Origin: Dipteris shenzhenensis
Taxonomy: Eukaryota
Strand: one strand, 5' to 3'
Assembly (NCBI GenBank): GCA_047967505.1
Contig: CM106538.1
DNA: 64,000 bases
The notes under the pieces are model-generated. The model worked only from the letters and a program-made list of their open reading frames with translations, was not told where the DNA came from and made no database searches. Both the position numbers and the translations under genes were made by a program. How positions within the stretch are numbered: the stretch's first letter is position 1; each line of letters starts with the position of its first letter. Positions 1-12,108 of the stretch are shown here, in pieces.

Positions 1-311
1 GATTTTTGCTTACAATTGAAGTCTAGGGCTGAGCTAGGCCCCCATTTTTATTAATCCACACCCACCGGTTGTTGATGGTGTGGGTGGTTTGCTTTTGAAG
101 GCTGGTGACTACAGCCACTACTCAGCCTGTGGCTTCCCTTTTAGTACTCAGTCATTTGAGGTGTTTGGATTACAACGTGGTCACATGTACCACTTTATAT
201 TCTTTGCTCATGTAGCAACAGAGATTTGTACGTGTGTACATAGTGCATGTAGGGAGCCCATTTCTGAGAGATCCAAATCAATTCTTAGCATTCCAACTTC
301 CTGTAGATCTG
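1..311 (+). pseudogene. Decayed RING-H2-like exon of a transposon-associated gene (element A cargo), cut by the window start
   Basis: Translation YSACGFPF..FGLQRGHMYHFIFFAHVATEICTCVHSACREPI aligns by eye with 49860-50216 (CTSCGLL..FLLPCKHAYHMYCFAQLA..CMDKQCRQII); several Cys are mutated. GT donor at 312. Confidence 0.55.
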
Positions 312-670
312 GTATGTTTTAAATTATATGTGGTTTTTTCATTGTAGCAAGTTGGTTGTTAAATTATTGAAGTTTTGTCATGTTCATGTGCAGATGGCCA
401 ACTTGATCCTAAGTTTACTTCTCCCGATGGCAAGCACGTGATGCCTATTACAAGTGTATATTGTGATAATGTCCTCAACGGTTCTTAGTGTCCATTTTTC
501 TGTAATAGTACTTTCACTATTAATTTTGTAATGTAGGTAAAGGAGGATCTATGGGTGGAGATGTAAGAACACTTAAGAGAGGGAGGACCAGTGACATGGA
601 CTCGACTTTTATATGTAGTAGTCGTGACCACTCTGTGTTTGTGGAGTTCAGCCATGGTCCAAGAGACATC

Positions 671-1389
671 GTGTATGGTTGAAGGTGTGAATCTTTAACA
701 TTCATAATTTCATACATGTTCATCCTACTAGAGGATCTGGTATCAGTTGAATATGATCTCCAAATGGATTTTTAGGCTCAAAGAAATTAAAAATAAGAAA
801 GTAAGCATTGCAATACCTTGAAGCCAGATTGACTAGAATAATGAAGGAGAAGGAATCATTATAGGTTGATGGAGGTGATGAGTTGGATGGCTCAAGAGGG
901 CAAGGCAGGCGCAAGATGTGGAGGAGCTTGGGGAGACTCCTCTTGGACTAGTGGAGGTAGCTGATGATGACATTTCCTCATGTGTGGTTGAAGGTATGAA
1001 TCCTTAACATTCATAATTTCATACAATGTTCATCCTATTTTGAGGATTGTCGTATCAGTTGCTTATGATCTCCAAATGGACTTGTAGGCTTGGACAAATC
1101 AAAAAGAAGAAAGCAAGCATTGCAATCTGCTAAAGCTAAAGGGGAGGCTAGAAGGGTGGTGACTAGAAGAATGTACGAGAAGGAATTGTTACAAGAGGAT
1201 GGAGGTGATGAGGAGTTGGCAAGCTCAAGAGGGTGGGCATTAGATGTTGAGGATCCTGAGGATGCTCCCATTGAACCACTGGATGTCACTAATGATGACA
1301 TTACATTATCTCAATTCACACAAAAAAGACCCTTGAAGCATAGAGCTCAGGGCAATGGAATGTCATTGAAATGTAATGAACTTCCATGA
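671..1389 (+). repeat. Direct duplication (~310-bp period) of an intron plus acidic-exon unit
   Basis: GTGTATGGTTGAAGGTGTGAATCTTTAACATTCATAATTTCATAC at 671 recurs at 982. Both copies have a GAAG|GT donor and a TAG|GCT acceptor, followed by a K/R-rich then E/D-rich reading frame. Confidence 0.8.
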
Positions 1390-2508
1390 CATTGAATACA
1401 TTGTATGCGAGTAGTTATTTGCAAGTTACTTAGATGAGCATCCCAATAATGTAGCTTGCAAGAGCTTTTTGCAATATAACAAAGATGTGCCATGTTTGGT
1501 GAATCATCATCCAGCATGTGTTCCATCCTCTCCATGTTTGTCTTGTTTGATGTGTTTCAATAATATTGAGATAATATTTAAGGCAAGTTATGTGTTGCCC
1601 AAAAATGCAATGTGCATGCAATTACTATGCGCAATGCAAATGATTTGAATGATGATTCACATGCAGGAAAGATCATGTGGTAGAAAGAAAAAGAGTGTCA
1701 TGCATTTTATCATCAATAATGCAGAAATGAAACTCCTTGATAATTTGGTCATCCACAAAGTTGTGGTGATAAGCAATATGAACAAGGATTGTACAAATCT
1801 AAATGCCAATGCATGGATTGAATTTCATTTTGGACTTTAAACGAGTAATTCCCTACAAAATCTATAACAGACACAATGACATCTGAAGGGAAATTCTTCA
1901 AACACTCCCTAAATTGGTCCAGCTACCATTTGTATATGAAGTTGTGTCTAAAGAAAGTGGTTGTGTGTTTTCTTTAACATGGAGAACATGACATTAAATG
2001 GCATCTCCTTGATTGATAAAACTTTGCACTTTTTTTTTCCCCTTTCTGATTCTTGACATCCTCAAACACCTGAACCATCACGTTTTTTCACTGATGTGCT
2101 ACTTCATTTGGGAAAATTGCAAGTTTTTGTACACCACACCTTTCACATTCTCCCATGAGGCACTCATAATCATGGAATGTTGACTCTTTGCCTTTAGCAC
2201 AAACACAAGATTCCCACAATTGTGTGACCCCACTAAAGGCATGCTCCTTTGCACCACATTTGCCTACCTCTACTGATGAAAGACATATACTGCAAAGACA
2301 AGAACATGACACTCCATGTAAACCAAATGCAATCGTAGTGAACATGGTTAAGAGCTTCCTTCAAGTATATCATTTGAATGTGATATACATAGCAACATGT
2401 GTTTCTATCTTGAAGCTTGCATACAAAGTAAGGTTTTAGCTTCTCAAAGGACCTTAGCCCTATACAAATACTTGGATATGCAACTTTGAATGCCCTAAAG
2501 AAGTCTGT
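1390..2508 (-). pseudogene. Sola-like DDD transposase, element A, downstream exon (decayed, C-terminus missing)
   Basis: TDFFRAFKVAYPSICIGLRSFEKLKPYFVCKLQDRNTCCYVYH, CLMGECERCG and VIDFVGNYSFKVQNEIQSMHWH (~1810-1875); frameshifts and stops; homologous to 55467-57295. Confidence 0.75.
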
Positions 2509-2574
2509 ATGCATGGACAAGAAAAGAGCAAAGTGTGTATGTTATGTGGCATCCTACAGCAACATCGCAAACAA

Positions 2575-2820
2575 TTTCAATACACAAAGATGGGGCACAA
2601 CATGTATGCACTATACAACATTATTTTTTTTATAGAAGGCTATACACCCCAAAAAATATGTTACATAGCACACAATTTGAGTGCACACATGGATGTGGAG
2701 CTAGGTATACTATATAGCTCATTGTTTGTACTACTCAAACCTATATAGTAGAAAATTTCAATATACATAGATATGGCACACCATGTATGCTATATAGCCC
2801 ACTATTTGTGCTATTCAGCT
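2575..2820. repeat. Left remnant of the GCTATATAGCAC satellite (same family as 10432-11940)
   Basis: TATGCTATATAGC/ATAGCACA and TGTGCTATTCA motifs are shared with 10432-11940; a further remnant lies at 3711-3775. Confidence 0.7.
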
Positions 2821-3098
2821 CGCAAGTCCTACCTCACAAGGCTTCAGCTTTCATTGTTTCCACTATCAATTGCTTAGTAAAGCTAATAGAATAGCCTTTC
2901 CTAGTTGTGACTTGAATGATGCACATATAATTAATTTTGAGAGGGTATTACTTGGGCAAAAGTCCTTTGATATGATGATTGTTTCCAAGGACTTAAAAAG
3001 CAAGTCATTAGCATCATACTTTAGGTACTAATAACTAGCATTAAGTAGGATATGACAATCCACATCTTCAGCACATGAAAAGAAACCCACTATATAGC

Positions 3099-3560
3099 CT
3101 TCCATGAAATTATAGATATCTCCCATACACTTAGGAGCGAATAATATTCTTTGTAATCCTCTCTTCCTCTTCATCTCGTTCCACTAGCTGCCAAAGTATA
3201 CTTGGAAATATCTATAATTTCATCAAAGGCTAGGACACAACACAGGCTTCCATGAAATTATAGATCTCATGTACACTTAGGAGATAGTAATATTCTTTGT
3301 AATCCTCTCTTCCTCTTGATCTTGTTCCACTGGCTGCCAAAGTGTACTTGGAAAGATCTATAATTACATCAAAAGATAGCACATAACACAAGCTTCCATG
3401 AAATTATAGATCTCCCATACACTTAGGAGATAGTAATATTCTTTTTAATCCTCTCTTCCTCTTGATCTTGTTCCACTAGCTGCCAAAGTGGACTTGGAAA
3501 GATCTACAATTGTACTTGGAAAGATCTACAATTTCATAAAAGGCTAGCACACAACACATG
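3099..3560. repeat. Tandem repeat, ~146-bp unit, about 3 copies
   Basis: CTTCCATGAAATTATAGAT...GCTGCCAAAGT..ACTTGGAAA units start at ~3100, 3248 and 3393. Confidence 0.9.
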
Positions 3561-4702
3561 AAATTTGCCATTGTCGCTAGATTGGGGGTTTCTTTTCATG
3601 TGCCATGAGGATTGGGACTCTAGACAACAGGGCAAATGAGGAGACAAAGATGAAGATGCCCAACATAGTGAAGAGGAGACAAAGACTTCACGACATTGGT
3701 AATGGAATATCCTATGTAGCACACATACAAAAATGTGGAACTATGCATGCTATGTAACTCACTTTGTGCTATTCTAAGAGAGAGGTCTCAGATCTCGTTC
3801 TTTGGGAGCTTCCATATCTAAGCTAAGCCTCTCCATCCAAGTCTCCTTCGACGGCCGGCAGCCCCTCTCCAACAAGTCTCCTTCGACGGCCGGCAGCCCC
3901 TCTAAGCCACATCCAAGGCTTCTCTGTATCACCCAAGGACTCTGCAGCTCACAGCATACCCAAGCCAGACGAGGCTTGATGAAGGAGATCACCGTCTCCA
4001 AGGTGGCTCACAAAGAGAGCTCATACAACGATGACCAATGCCTCCATAGCAGTACAGCTTGAGGACCTAGCGGCCTCCTCAGCCTCAATGAAGCGACTCC
4101 TCCACGAAATCCATCTGCTTGACAACCTGATCAAATTGCAGCAGTAGCCGCCAGCTCCAACGACGAGCTTCTCCATCGAACAATAGCTTTTCCACAAGGC
4201 CCGCTCATAGTCGCCAGGCGGCTCCTTCAACATCAACGCCCCTTAGCGACTCTCTGACAACATCTCCTAGCTAGCACAGCTCCTCTAGCAGCCACGGGCT
4301 ACATCTCGACCAGCTTCGACAGTCCGCTCCTCCAGCGACGGCACATGGTAGTGAAGGTCCAAACGGCTCCATCGACGCAGTTCCTCTTCTCCGACTACAT
4401 CTGCAGCTACATAGCGACGTGCTAGGCTGCTCCATCTGCGGCTCCATAGCCCTCGCAAGCCATAAAAGCTGCGCACATAGACTCCAACGCAGAGCCAACG
4501 TGCGCCTCTGCGATGGAATCAGAATCTTTGTAAGAATCTTTTATCGATTCCGATGCCTCGCGTTCCAACACGTGGCAGATAGGGTTGGTCAGCAACCCTA
4601 GGTTTGGTTACCCACCAGTGGTCAGTCACTTGACACATGGCAGATTTGATCTACCCAGGGTTAGGTTCAGTCAACCATAGTTAGGTGGTTTGATCACAAT
4701 TG

Positions 4703-5040
4703 TGCCACGTGGCAACCTCATCTTATATGCCACGTCAGCAGACACATCATCAGTGACACATCATCAGCCATGTCACCTGCCACATCATCAGTGACACGTC
4801 ATCAACCACATCACCTACCACATCATCAGTGCCACGTCACCTACCACGTCATTAGTGCCACGTCACCAAGCCACGTCATCAGTGCCATGTCATAAGGCCA
4901 CGTCATCAGTGCCACGTCACTAGGCCATGTCATCAGGCCACGTCATCAGTGCCACCTCAGCACAGAGCTTCACTGGCACACCTCTTGCTAAGCACAGTGC
5001 CACATCATCACTGCATGTGACTCACAGTGGCACATCATCA
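4703..5040 (+). promoter_or_regulatory. Array of GCCACGTCA/G-box-like motifs in the copia 5' leader
   Basis: Perfect TGCCACGTGGCA at 4703-4714, followed by many (GT)GCCACGTCA(TCA) and GCCACATCATCA variants. Confidence 0.55.
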
Positions 5041-5823
5041 TTGAGCACCATTTGCACTCCTTTTGCCCCTCCACCTAGATCAAGTCGTATCTCTTGATCC
5101 AGGAAGAATTTGAGGGTGCTCCAAAAAGGAAAGTCGCTCGGTTTTTCATGCTCTACGCGCTCGTTACATCATGCGCACATTTCGGTGCAAGTTACACTCA
5201 CATTTGAGCCTCGCCGACAAAACCACTTCCTTCACGCACATTTGCCTCTACATCGATGCATCTGACCCAGCACTTAAAAAGAACAAAAGAAAAGGAATTA
5301 TTTGCTGCTCTTTCATCAATCGACGGTTGGTTTAGATCTAGATCAGAGTAGACTAGATCGCCATAGAGGGGATGCTTTGAATTCCCCAAGTTGCCAATCT
5401 AAGCCATGCCCGAAATTCCCGACTAGTACCTACTCAGAGTCAGTCCATACGCTCACATCCGATTTCACATCATTACATTACCTGAAACCTTACGTTCATC
5501 AGTTCAGTGAGCAGACTTCAGAGTTCAGAGGCATTGCAGATTGATTCAGTGGGTAGATAGCACTTGATTTCACACACACATGCCACCATTGTAAAGCCTA
5601 TTTGGCTATCTCATGGCATTGTGCACATCATTTTTTAGCCTTGTAAAGCCTCTTGGCTATTCCTGGCATCATTGCCACAAGCCTTGTAACACAGATCAGA
5701 TCTTATATACTGCAGTTCTATCTTCACCGACGGTACAGAGATTTCACTTGGCATCTTCAGTGTATTTGCAGTTGATTCATACAGAGTTTTTTCAGGACCC
5801 TTTTTGAGTACATTGTTTGCACC

Positions 5824-8800
5824 ATGTCGACTAGCAACCTCAATCTGGAGGCATCTGCTAAGTTAGACAACTCCAATTATGGTACATGGAAATACCGAAT
5901 GGAGACCATTCTTTTGCTTCAGGACAAATGGGAGTATGTCGATGGATCTATACCTAGACCGTTGGCCGATCCAGCCACCAATAGCTCTACTCCATCTGTT
6001 GTCACAGCACCAGCAACGGGATCTACATCGGGATCTACATCTACACAAACAGTTTTCGCACCAGTAGCAGATCCTGCCATTGCCCAAGCTCAAGCAGAAT
6101 GGGATAAGAAAGACAAGTATGCCTATCACCTGATCAAGCAGAATGTGCAAGATGTCATGCTAGGACAGCTCAACAGAGTCAAGACATCAAAAGAAGCATG
6201 GGATATGTTCGCAGCTCTCTACGAGTCCAAGAACACATCCAGGATTCTCACCCTGAGAAACCAAATCAACCAGAGTTTCCGCAATAGCAATGAAACCGGT
6301 CATGCTTATGTACCCCGCATCAAAGACTACAACAATCAACTTGCAGTAGCGGGAGAGACTATGAATCCCGCAGAAATGGTTCAAGTAATCCTGAATGGAC
6401 TAGAAGAAGGATATGAGAATCTAGTCCAGAGTATTGCCATCCAACGGCAAATTCCAACACTGGAAGAACTTCAGTCAGTTCTACTTGGTGAAAAACTCAG
6501 GACTCAGGCCATTCAAGCACGTAAAGGTCATTCTAATGATCAGGCATTCACAGCTTCAGATAGAGGCAGAGGCAAAAACAGAAACAGAGGTAGATCATAT
6601 CAGAAAAGTGGTCATCATCAACAAAATCAAAGTCAGAATCAGCATCAGCACCAGCATCATCCTCAGCAACATCAAAATCAGCAAAGAGGAAATCATTCCA
6701 ACCAAGGAACATCTCAAGGACGAGGGAATGCATCCACCAATGTGTCAAACATCCAGTGCAACTACTGTCACAAGTTTGGACACTATGAAAGAGATTGCCG
6801 CAAGAAGCAGCATGACCAAGGCAGTCAATCCAGCAGTAATCGAGGGAATTCCCGAGGAAGAGGAAATCATCGTGGTGGACATTCTAGTCACAGTCATTTT
6901 GCAAATGAATATGGCAATATGTTTCTTGCAAGTGAGGAATTGCATCAGACTGATACAATGCACCTAGACACTGATTTCAATCCCAAAGAGGATTTCAGCT
7001 ATCAAGTCGACCAAGTGGAATAGGATCCTTGGTACATCGATAGCGGTGCATCATCTCATATGACAAATCATCAGGAATGGTTCACAGAAATGAAGCCATT
7101 AGAAGGTCAAAAGAATGTCATCTACACAGCAGACAATACACCGAATCCGGTTCAAGGGACAGGGGTTATTCCTATGAACAATTTCACTGGTACAAAAGGA
7201 TTAGTCAAAGATGTGCTCTATGTTCCGAAGCTCAGCAAGAACCTTTTGTCAGTAGGTCAAATGACGGAACACGACTACAAAGTCATCTTTGACGGTGATG
7301 AATGCACTATCAGAGACAAATCCAAAAGAGGTCAGCTAGTAGCAAAAGGTGTCAAGGAAGGACGCTAATACAGGATGCTAGCTACAGTACCAGATAAGCA
7401 TGCCATGTCAGCTCAAATGCAACAAATGCCACTATCTGCAAAATGGCACAAGAGATATGGTCATGTCAACTTCAAGTACTTGTTAGATCTCAGGAATCAA
7501 AATATGGCAATTGGGATTTCGAAGCTACAGTTTCTTTGAAAGGTTTGTGAAGCATGCTACTTCGGCAAACAAAAGCGAACCAACTTTGTCAAAAGTACCT
7601 CTCGTGCACGAGGTATTCTTGATTTGATTCATACAGATGTATGGGGTTATGCCCAGACCCGTAGCATCAATGGTTCACTTTATTACTTGACCTTCATCGA
7701 CGACTACAACAGATATTGTTAATTCTACTTTCTGAAAGAGAAATTTGAAGTGTTTGCCAGATTTCAAGAATTCAAAGCCATGGTAGAAAACCAGACAGGC
7801 AGAAAGATCAAGGTCATGAGATCAGACAGAGGAGGTGAATACATGTCTTCAGCATTCATGAACTTTTGCAAAAATCACAGCATTCGAAGACAATTCACAT
7901 GTGCAGATACTCCTCAGCAAAATGCAAGAGCTGAAAGGACGAATGGGACTTTAGCAGACAGTGCTAGAGCAATGCTTAGTGAAAAGCATCTTCCGAATCA
8001 ATATTGGGCAGAAGCAATAGCTATAGCTAACTATTTGCTTAATCGGCTTCCTACCGAACCAATACAAGGTATGACTCCTTATGAAGCATTCAGTGGACAC
8101 AAGCCACGCATTGGGTATCTCTACATATTTGGTTGCATAGCATATGCCCACATACATGATGATTATCGCAGGAAATTGGATGCGAAGTCACGCAAATGCA
8201 TCATGGTTGGCTACAGTGAAGAAAGCAAAGCATACAAATTGTATGATCCCATCAACCGCAAAGTCATTATCTCCAGAGATGTAATCTTCGATGAGGAATC
8301 AGAATGGAAAACCCCACCTACACAGGAGATAGAAGCATCGACTTCACAGTCATCTACAGAACAGGTTGATGAAGAAGAGCAAGAATTGCCAGCAACACCC
8401 CAAGCAGCGCCACAACAGCTCAGACGGTCTACTAGGGAAAGCAAACCACCAGCCAGATTGACATATGCTCAGAAAGGCAAAGCAATTCAGGTGGAAACCA
8501 CCAACTATGCTCTTATGACTACCATCATGGCTACAGAAGAGCCAGTGTACTTCGAAGACGCAGTAGATAAGCCAGAATAAACTGCTATGAATGAAGAAAT
8601 GGATGCTTTGTATAAAAATAACACTTGGGAATTATGCGACCTTCCACCAGGAATGAAGGCCATAGCCAACAAATGGGTATACAAAGTGAAGTACAATCCA
8701 GATGGCAGTATTCAGAGATACAAAGCCAGATTAGTTGCAAAAGGATTTGCACAACAATATGGCCAAGATTATGATGAGACTTATGCTCCAGTAGCAAAGA

Positions 8801-10035
8801 TGGATTCCATATGGTTCTTGATATCACTAGCGACACTCAGTAAATGGAATGTGTATCAGCTCGATGTCAAGAATGCATTTCTTAATGGTTATCTAGACGA
8901 GGAAGTCTACATGCAACAACCAGCCGGTTATGTTGAACCAGGAAAGGAAAACAAGGTTTGCCATCTCAAGAAAAGTCTCTATGGCTTAAAGCAAGCACCC
9001 AGAAATTGGTACAACAGAATTGATAAGTATTTTGCTGATCTGGGATACATGAAGTCCAATGCAAATCATACTCTCTACTACAAAGTTCAAGGGGAAGATA
9101 TTACTATTGCACTTTTGTATGTAGATGATCTGATTGTGACAGGAAGCAAGGATAGCTTCATCAGAAAATTAAAACAAGACTTATCTGCAGAGTTCAACAT
9201 GAAAGATCTTGGACTTATGCACTATTGTCTTGGAATTGAGTTCTGGAGAGATTTAGATAGCACATTCATGAGTCAGCTCAAGTATGTTGACAGTCTCTTG
9301 AAGAAGTTTCATATGGCAGATTGCAAGATTGCAGCCACTCCCATGGAACAGAGTTTGAAACTTACTAAAGATTCAAAAAAGCCTACAATCAATGACAGAT
9401 ACTACAGGCAACTCATTGGATCTCTTATATATCCGACAATCACACGGCCAGATATTTGTTATGCAGTAAGCTCACTAGCACAGTTTATGGCAAATCCAAA
9501 ACAGTCTCACTAGAATGCAGCTAAAAGAGTCTTGAGATACATCAGAGGTACAAGACAGTTTGGGATAGAATACAGAGGAAGTCATCCACGGTTGCATGGA
9601 TACTGTGATAGTGACTATGCTGGAGATCATGAGACCAGGAGATCGACATAGGGTCATGCATTTTTCCTTGGTCAAGGTGCTATATCATGGTTGTCAAACA
9701 AACAACCAAATGTTTCTTTGTCTTCGACTGAAGCAGAATATAGAGCACTCACTACAGGTGCATGTGAGGCTATATGGCTCAGAAGACTATTGTCAGAAAC
9801 AAATTACTTTGATGAGTCAAAGCCAACAACAATATACTGTGATAATCAATCGGCTCAAGCATTGGCCAAAAATCCAGTATATCACTCTAGGACAAAGCAC
9901 ATTGATGTCAGAGAGCACTTCATCAAAGAAAGAGTGTTACTTGGTGACATCACACTGCAGCATTGTGATAGCAAAGAAAATGTTGCAGACATCTTTACCA
10001 AACCACTCAGTAAAGAGCTATTCGAGAAACACTGA
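5824..10035 (+). pseudogene. Copia gag-pol polyprotein with several in-frame stops
   Basis: gag KLDNSNYGTWK and zinc knuckle CNYCHKFGHYERDC; protease WYIDSGASSHMT; integrase IHTDVWG, RSDRGGEY, TPQQN; RT YKARLVAKGF, QLDVKNAFL, LYGLKQAP, YVDD; RNase H SSTEAEY, CDNQSA, RTKHID, ADIFTK. Stops at e.g. 7021, 7366, 8578 and 9511. Confidence 0.95.
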
Positions 10036-10174
10036 TTAGCTCTTGGTTTGATGCAGAGGAAGGACATTCCCATTAAAGGGGTGTGATGGAATGTAATGCT
10101 CAGTCCTTCTTCGATTCCCCAGAATCATCATCTTGAGGGAAGGCCTACTTCATGATGTTGATCTTGAGGGAAGG

Positions 10175-10431
10175 TGTTGAGAGTTCACGCTCAACATCAT
10201 GTGATCATGTGTGCATAGCACCATCACGTGATCATATGTGCATAGCACTAACCTTATAGAGTGCTATAAAGGAAAGGGTTAGATCCCCTAACCCTAACCC
10301 TAAAAGGGTTTGTATATATTCTATTTTTTCAACTAATTCTAGTGTACAGTTAGTCATTTGTGGTGTGCTCTCTAGCTGTGCCCTCTCTCCTCATCTCCAC
10401 TCTTCTCCTCTCCCCTCTTCATATTTTGTCA
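10175..10431 (+). repeat. 3' LTR of copia copy A (~257 bp)
   Basis: Starts TGTTGAG directly after the polypurine GAGGGAAGG and ends TTTTGTCA where the satellite resumes; TATA-like TATATATT at ~10313. No partner LTR in the window. Confidence 0.75.
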
Positions 10432-11940
10432 AAAGATGTGGAACTTTGCATGCTATATAGCTCAGTGTTTGTGCTATTCAAACCACAGTACCAACTATAT
10501 AGCACATAGTTTGAGTATACATAGTCATGGCACACCAGGTATGCTATATAAAAAATTGTTTGTGCTATACAACCCACATAATATCATTATGTAGTACACA
10601 GACAATGCTGTGGAACTTTTCATCCATATAGCTCAAACAATGAGCTATTCAAACCATAGAATCAGCTATATAGCACATAGTTTTAATAGTATACATAGTC
10701 TTGGCACATTAGGTTTGCTATATAGCACATTGTGTGTGCTATACACCCTATAGAATATGCTATGTAGCACATAGACAAAGATATGGAGCTTTGCATGCTA
10801 TATAGCTCACTGTTTATGCTATTCAAACCACAGTACCAACTATATAGCACATAGTTTGAGTATACATAGTCGTGGCACACCAAGTATTCTATATAGCAAA
10901 TTGTGTGTGATATAAAACCCATAGAATATGCTATGTAGCACACAGACAAAGCTGTGGAACTTTTCATGCCATATGGCCCAAACAATGAGCTATTCAAACC
11001 ATGCAATCAACTACATAGCACACAGTTTTAATAGTATACATAGTCATGGGACACGAGGTCTGCTATATAGCACATTGTGTGTGCTATACACCCCACAAAA
11101 TATGCTATGTAGCACATAGACAAAGATGTGGAACTTTGCATGCTATTATAACTCACTGTTTGTGCCATTGAAACCACAGTAGCAATTATATAGCACATAG
11201 TTTGAATATACATAGTCGTGGAACACTAGGTATTCTATAGAGATAGCAAATTGTGTGTGCTATACAGCCCACAGAATATGCTATGTAAAATAGCACATAG
11301 ACAAATTTGTGGAACTTTTCACGCCATAAAGCACAAACAATCAACTATTCAAACCACGAAATCAGCTATATAGTACACACTTTTAGTAGTATACATAGTC
11401 GTGGCACACCAGGTCTGCTATATAGCACATTGTATGTGCTATACACCCCACACAATATGCTATGTAGCACACTGTTTGAGTGTATACATAGATGAGGAAC
11501 TATGTATGCTATATAGCACATTGTTTGTGCTATTTAAACAATGAAATCAGCTATAAAGTAGACAATTTCATTACACATAGACATGGCACAATGGAGGCAC
11601 AATGTGTATGTTATATAGCACACTGTTTGTGCTATTCAAGCTGTTGAATATGCTATCGAGCACACTATTTCTGCTTTTTAGCCCACTGAATCTTCTACAT
11701 AGCACACTCTTTGAGTATACGTAGATGGGGCACACTACATAGCACATGGTTAATGCTATTCAACTCACCAAGTATACCATACAACATAATGTTTGGCATA
11801 TAGCACACCATGTATGCTATGTGACTCATGTTGTCTGAGTGTTTTGTCTATGCTATGAATAGTACATTGATTGTACAGTGCCCTAGTATGCTAAATAGCA
11901 CACTATGCATGCTATGTGGCAGATTGTGCATGCTATGAAG
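10432..11940. repeat. Satellite, ~172-bp monomers in alternating A/B (~345-bp) dimers, decaying rightwards
   Basis: A-type starts (AAAGAT.TGGA.CTTTGCATG) at ~10432, 10777 and 11122; B-type starts (TGTGGAACTTTTCA) at ~10604, 10948 and 11303; core motif GCTATATAGCAC. Confidence 0.9.
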
Positions 11941-12108
11941 TTTTTATTTACAGCCCATTTTATCATCTATACATAGCAGACCTATATACATGCTATCCAT
12001 ATAATGCATTAATGCACCATTTCTTCCCAAGAAGCATATTAAAAAAATGCTATAGAGCACATAGCCACAACTCATGTGGCAAACAATATGTATAGAAATT
12101 GATCTTAC

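Larger units (their letters stand above)
3776..10431 (+). mobile_element. Ty1/copia LTR retrotransposon (copy A), 5' LTR missing, lying within the satellite-filled intron of Sola-like element A
   Basis: Domain order gag-PR-INT-RT-RH, then PPT and a TG...CA 3' LTR; the satellite resumes at 10432 and is present at 3711-3775. The left boundary is approximate. Confidence 0.9.

Noticed and set aside
3560-3800. 5' LTR and primer-binding site of copia A
   Set aside because: No match to 10175-10431 and no TGGTATCAGAGC-type PBS; the 5' end appears deleted.
7021-7023. TAG between gag and protease as a programmed readthrough site
   Set aside because: Copy B has CAG at the same position (VEQDPWYIDSG), so it is a point mutation.
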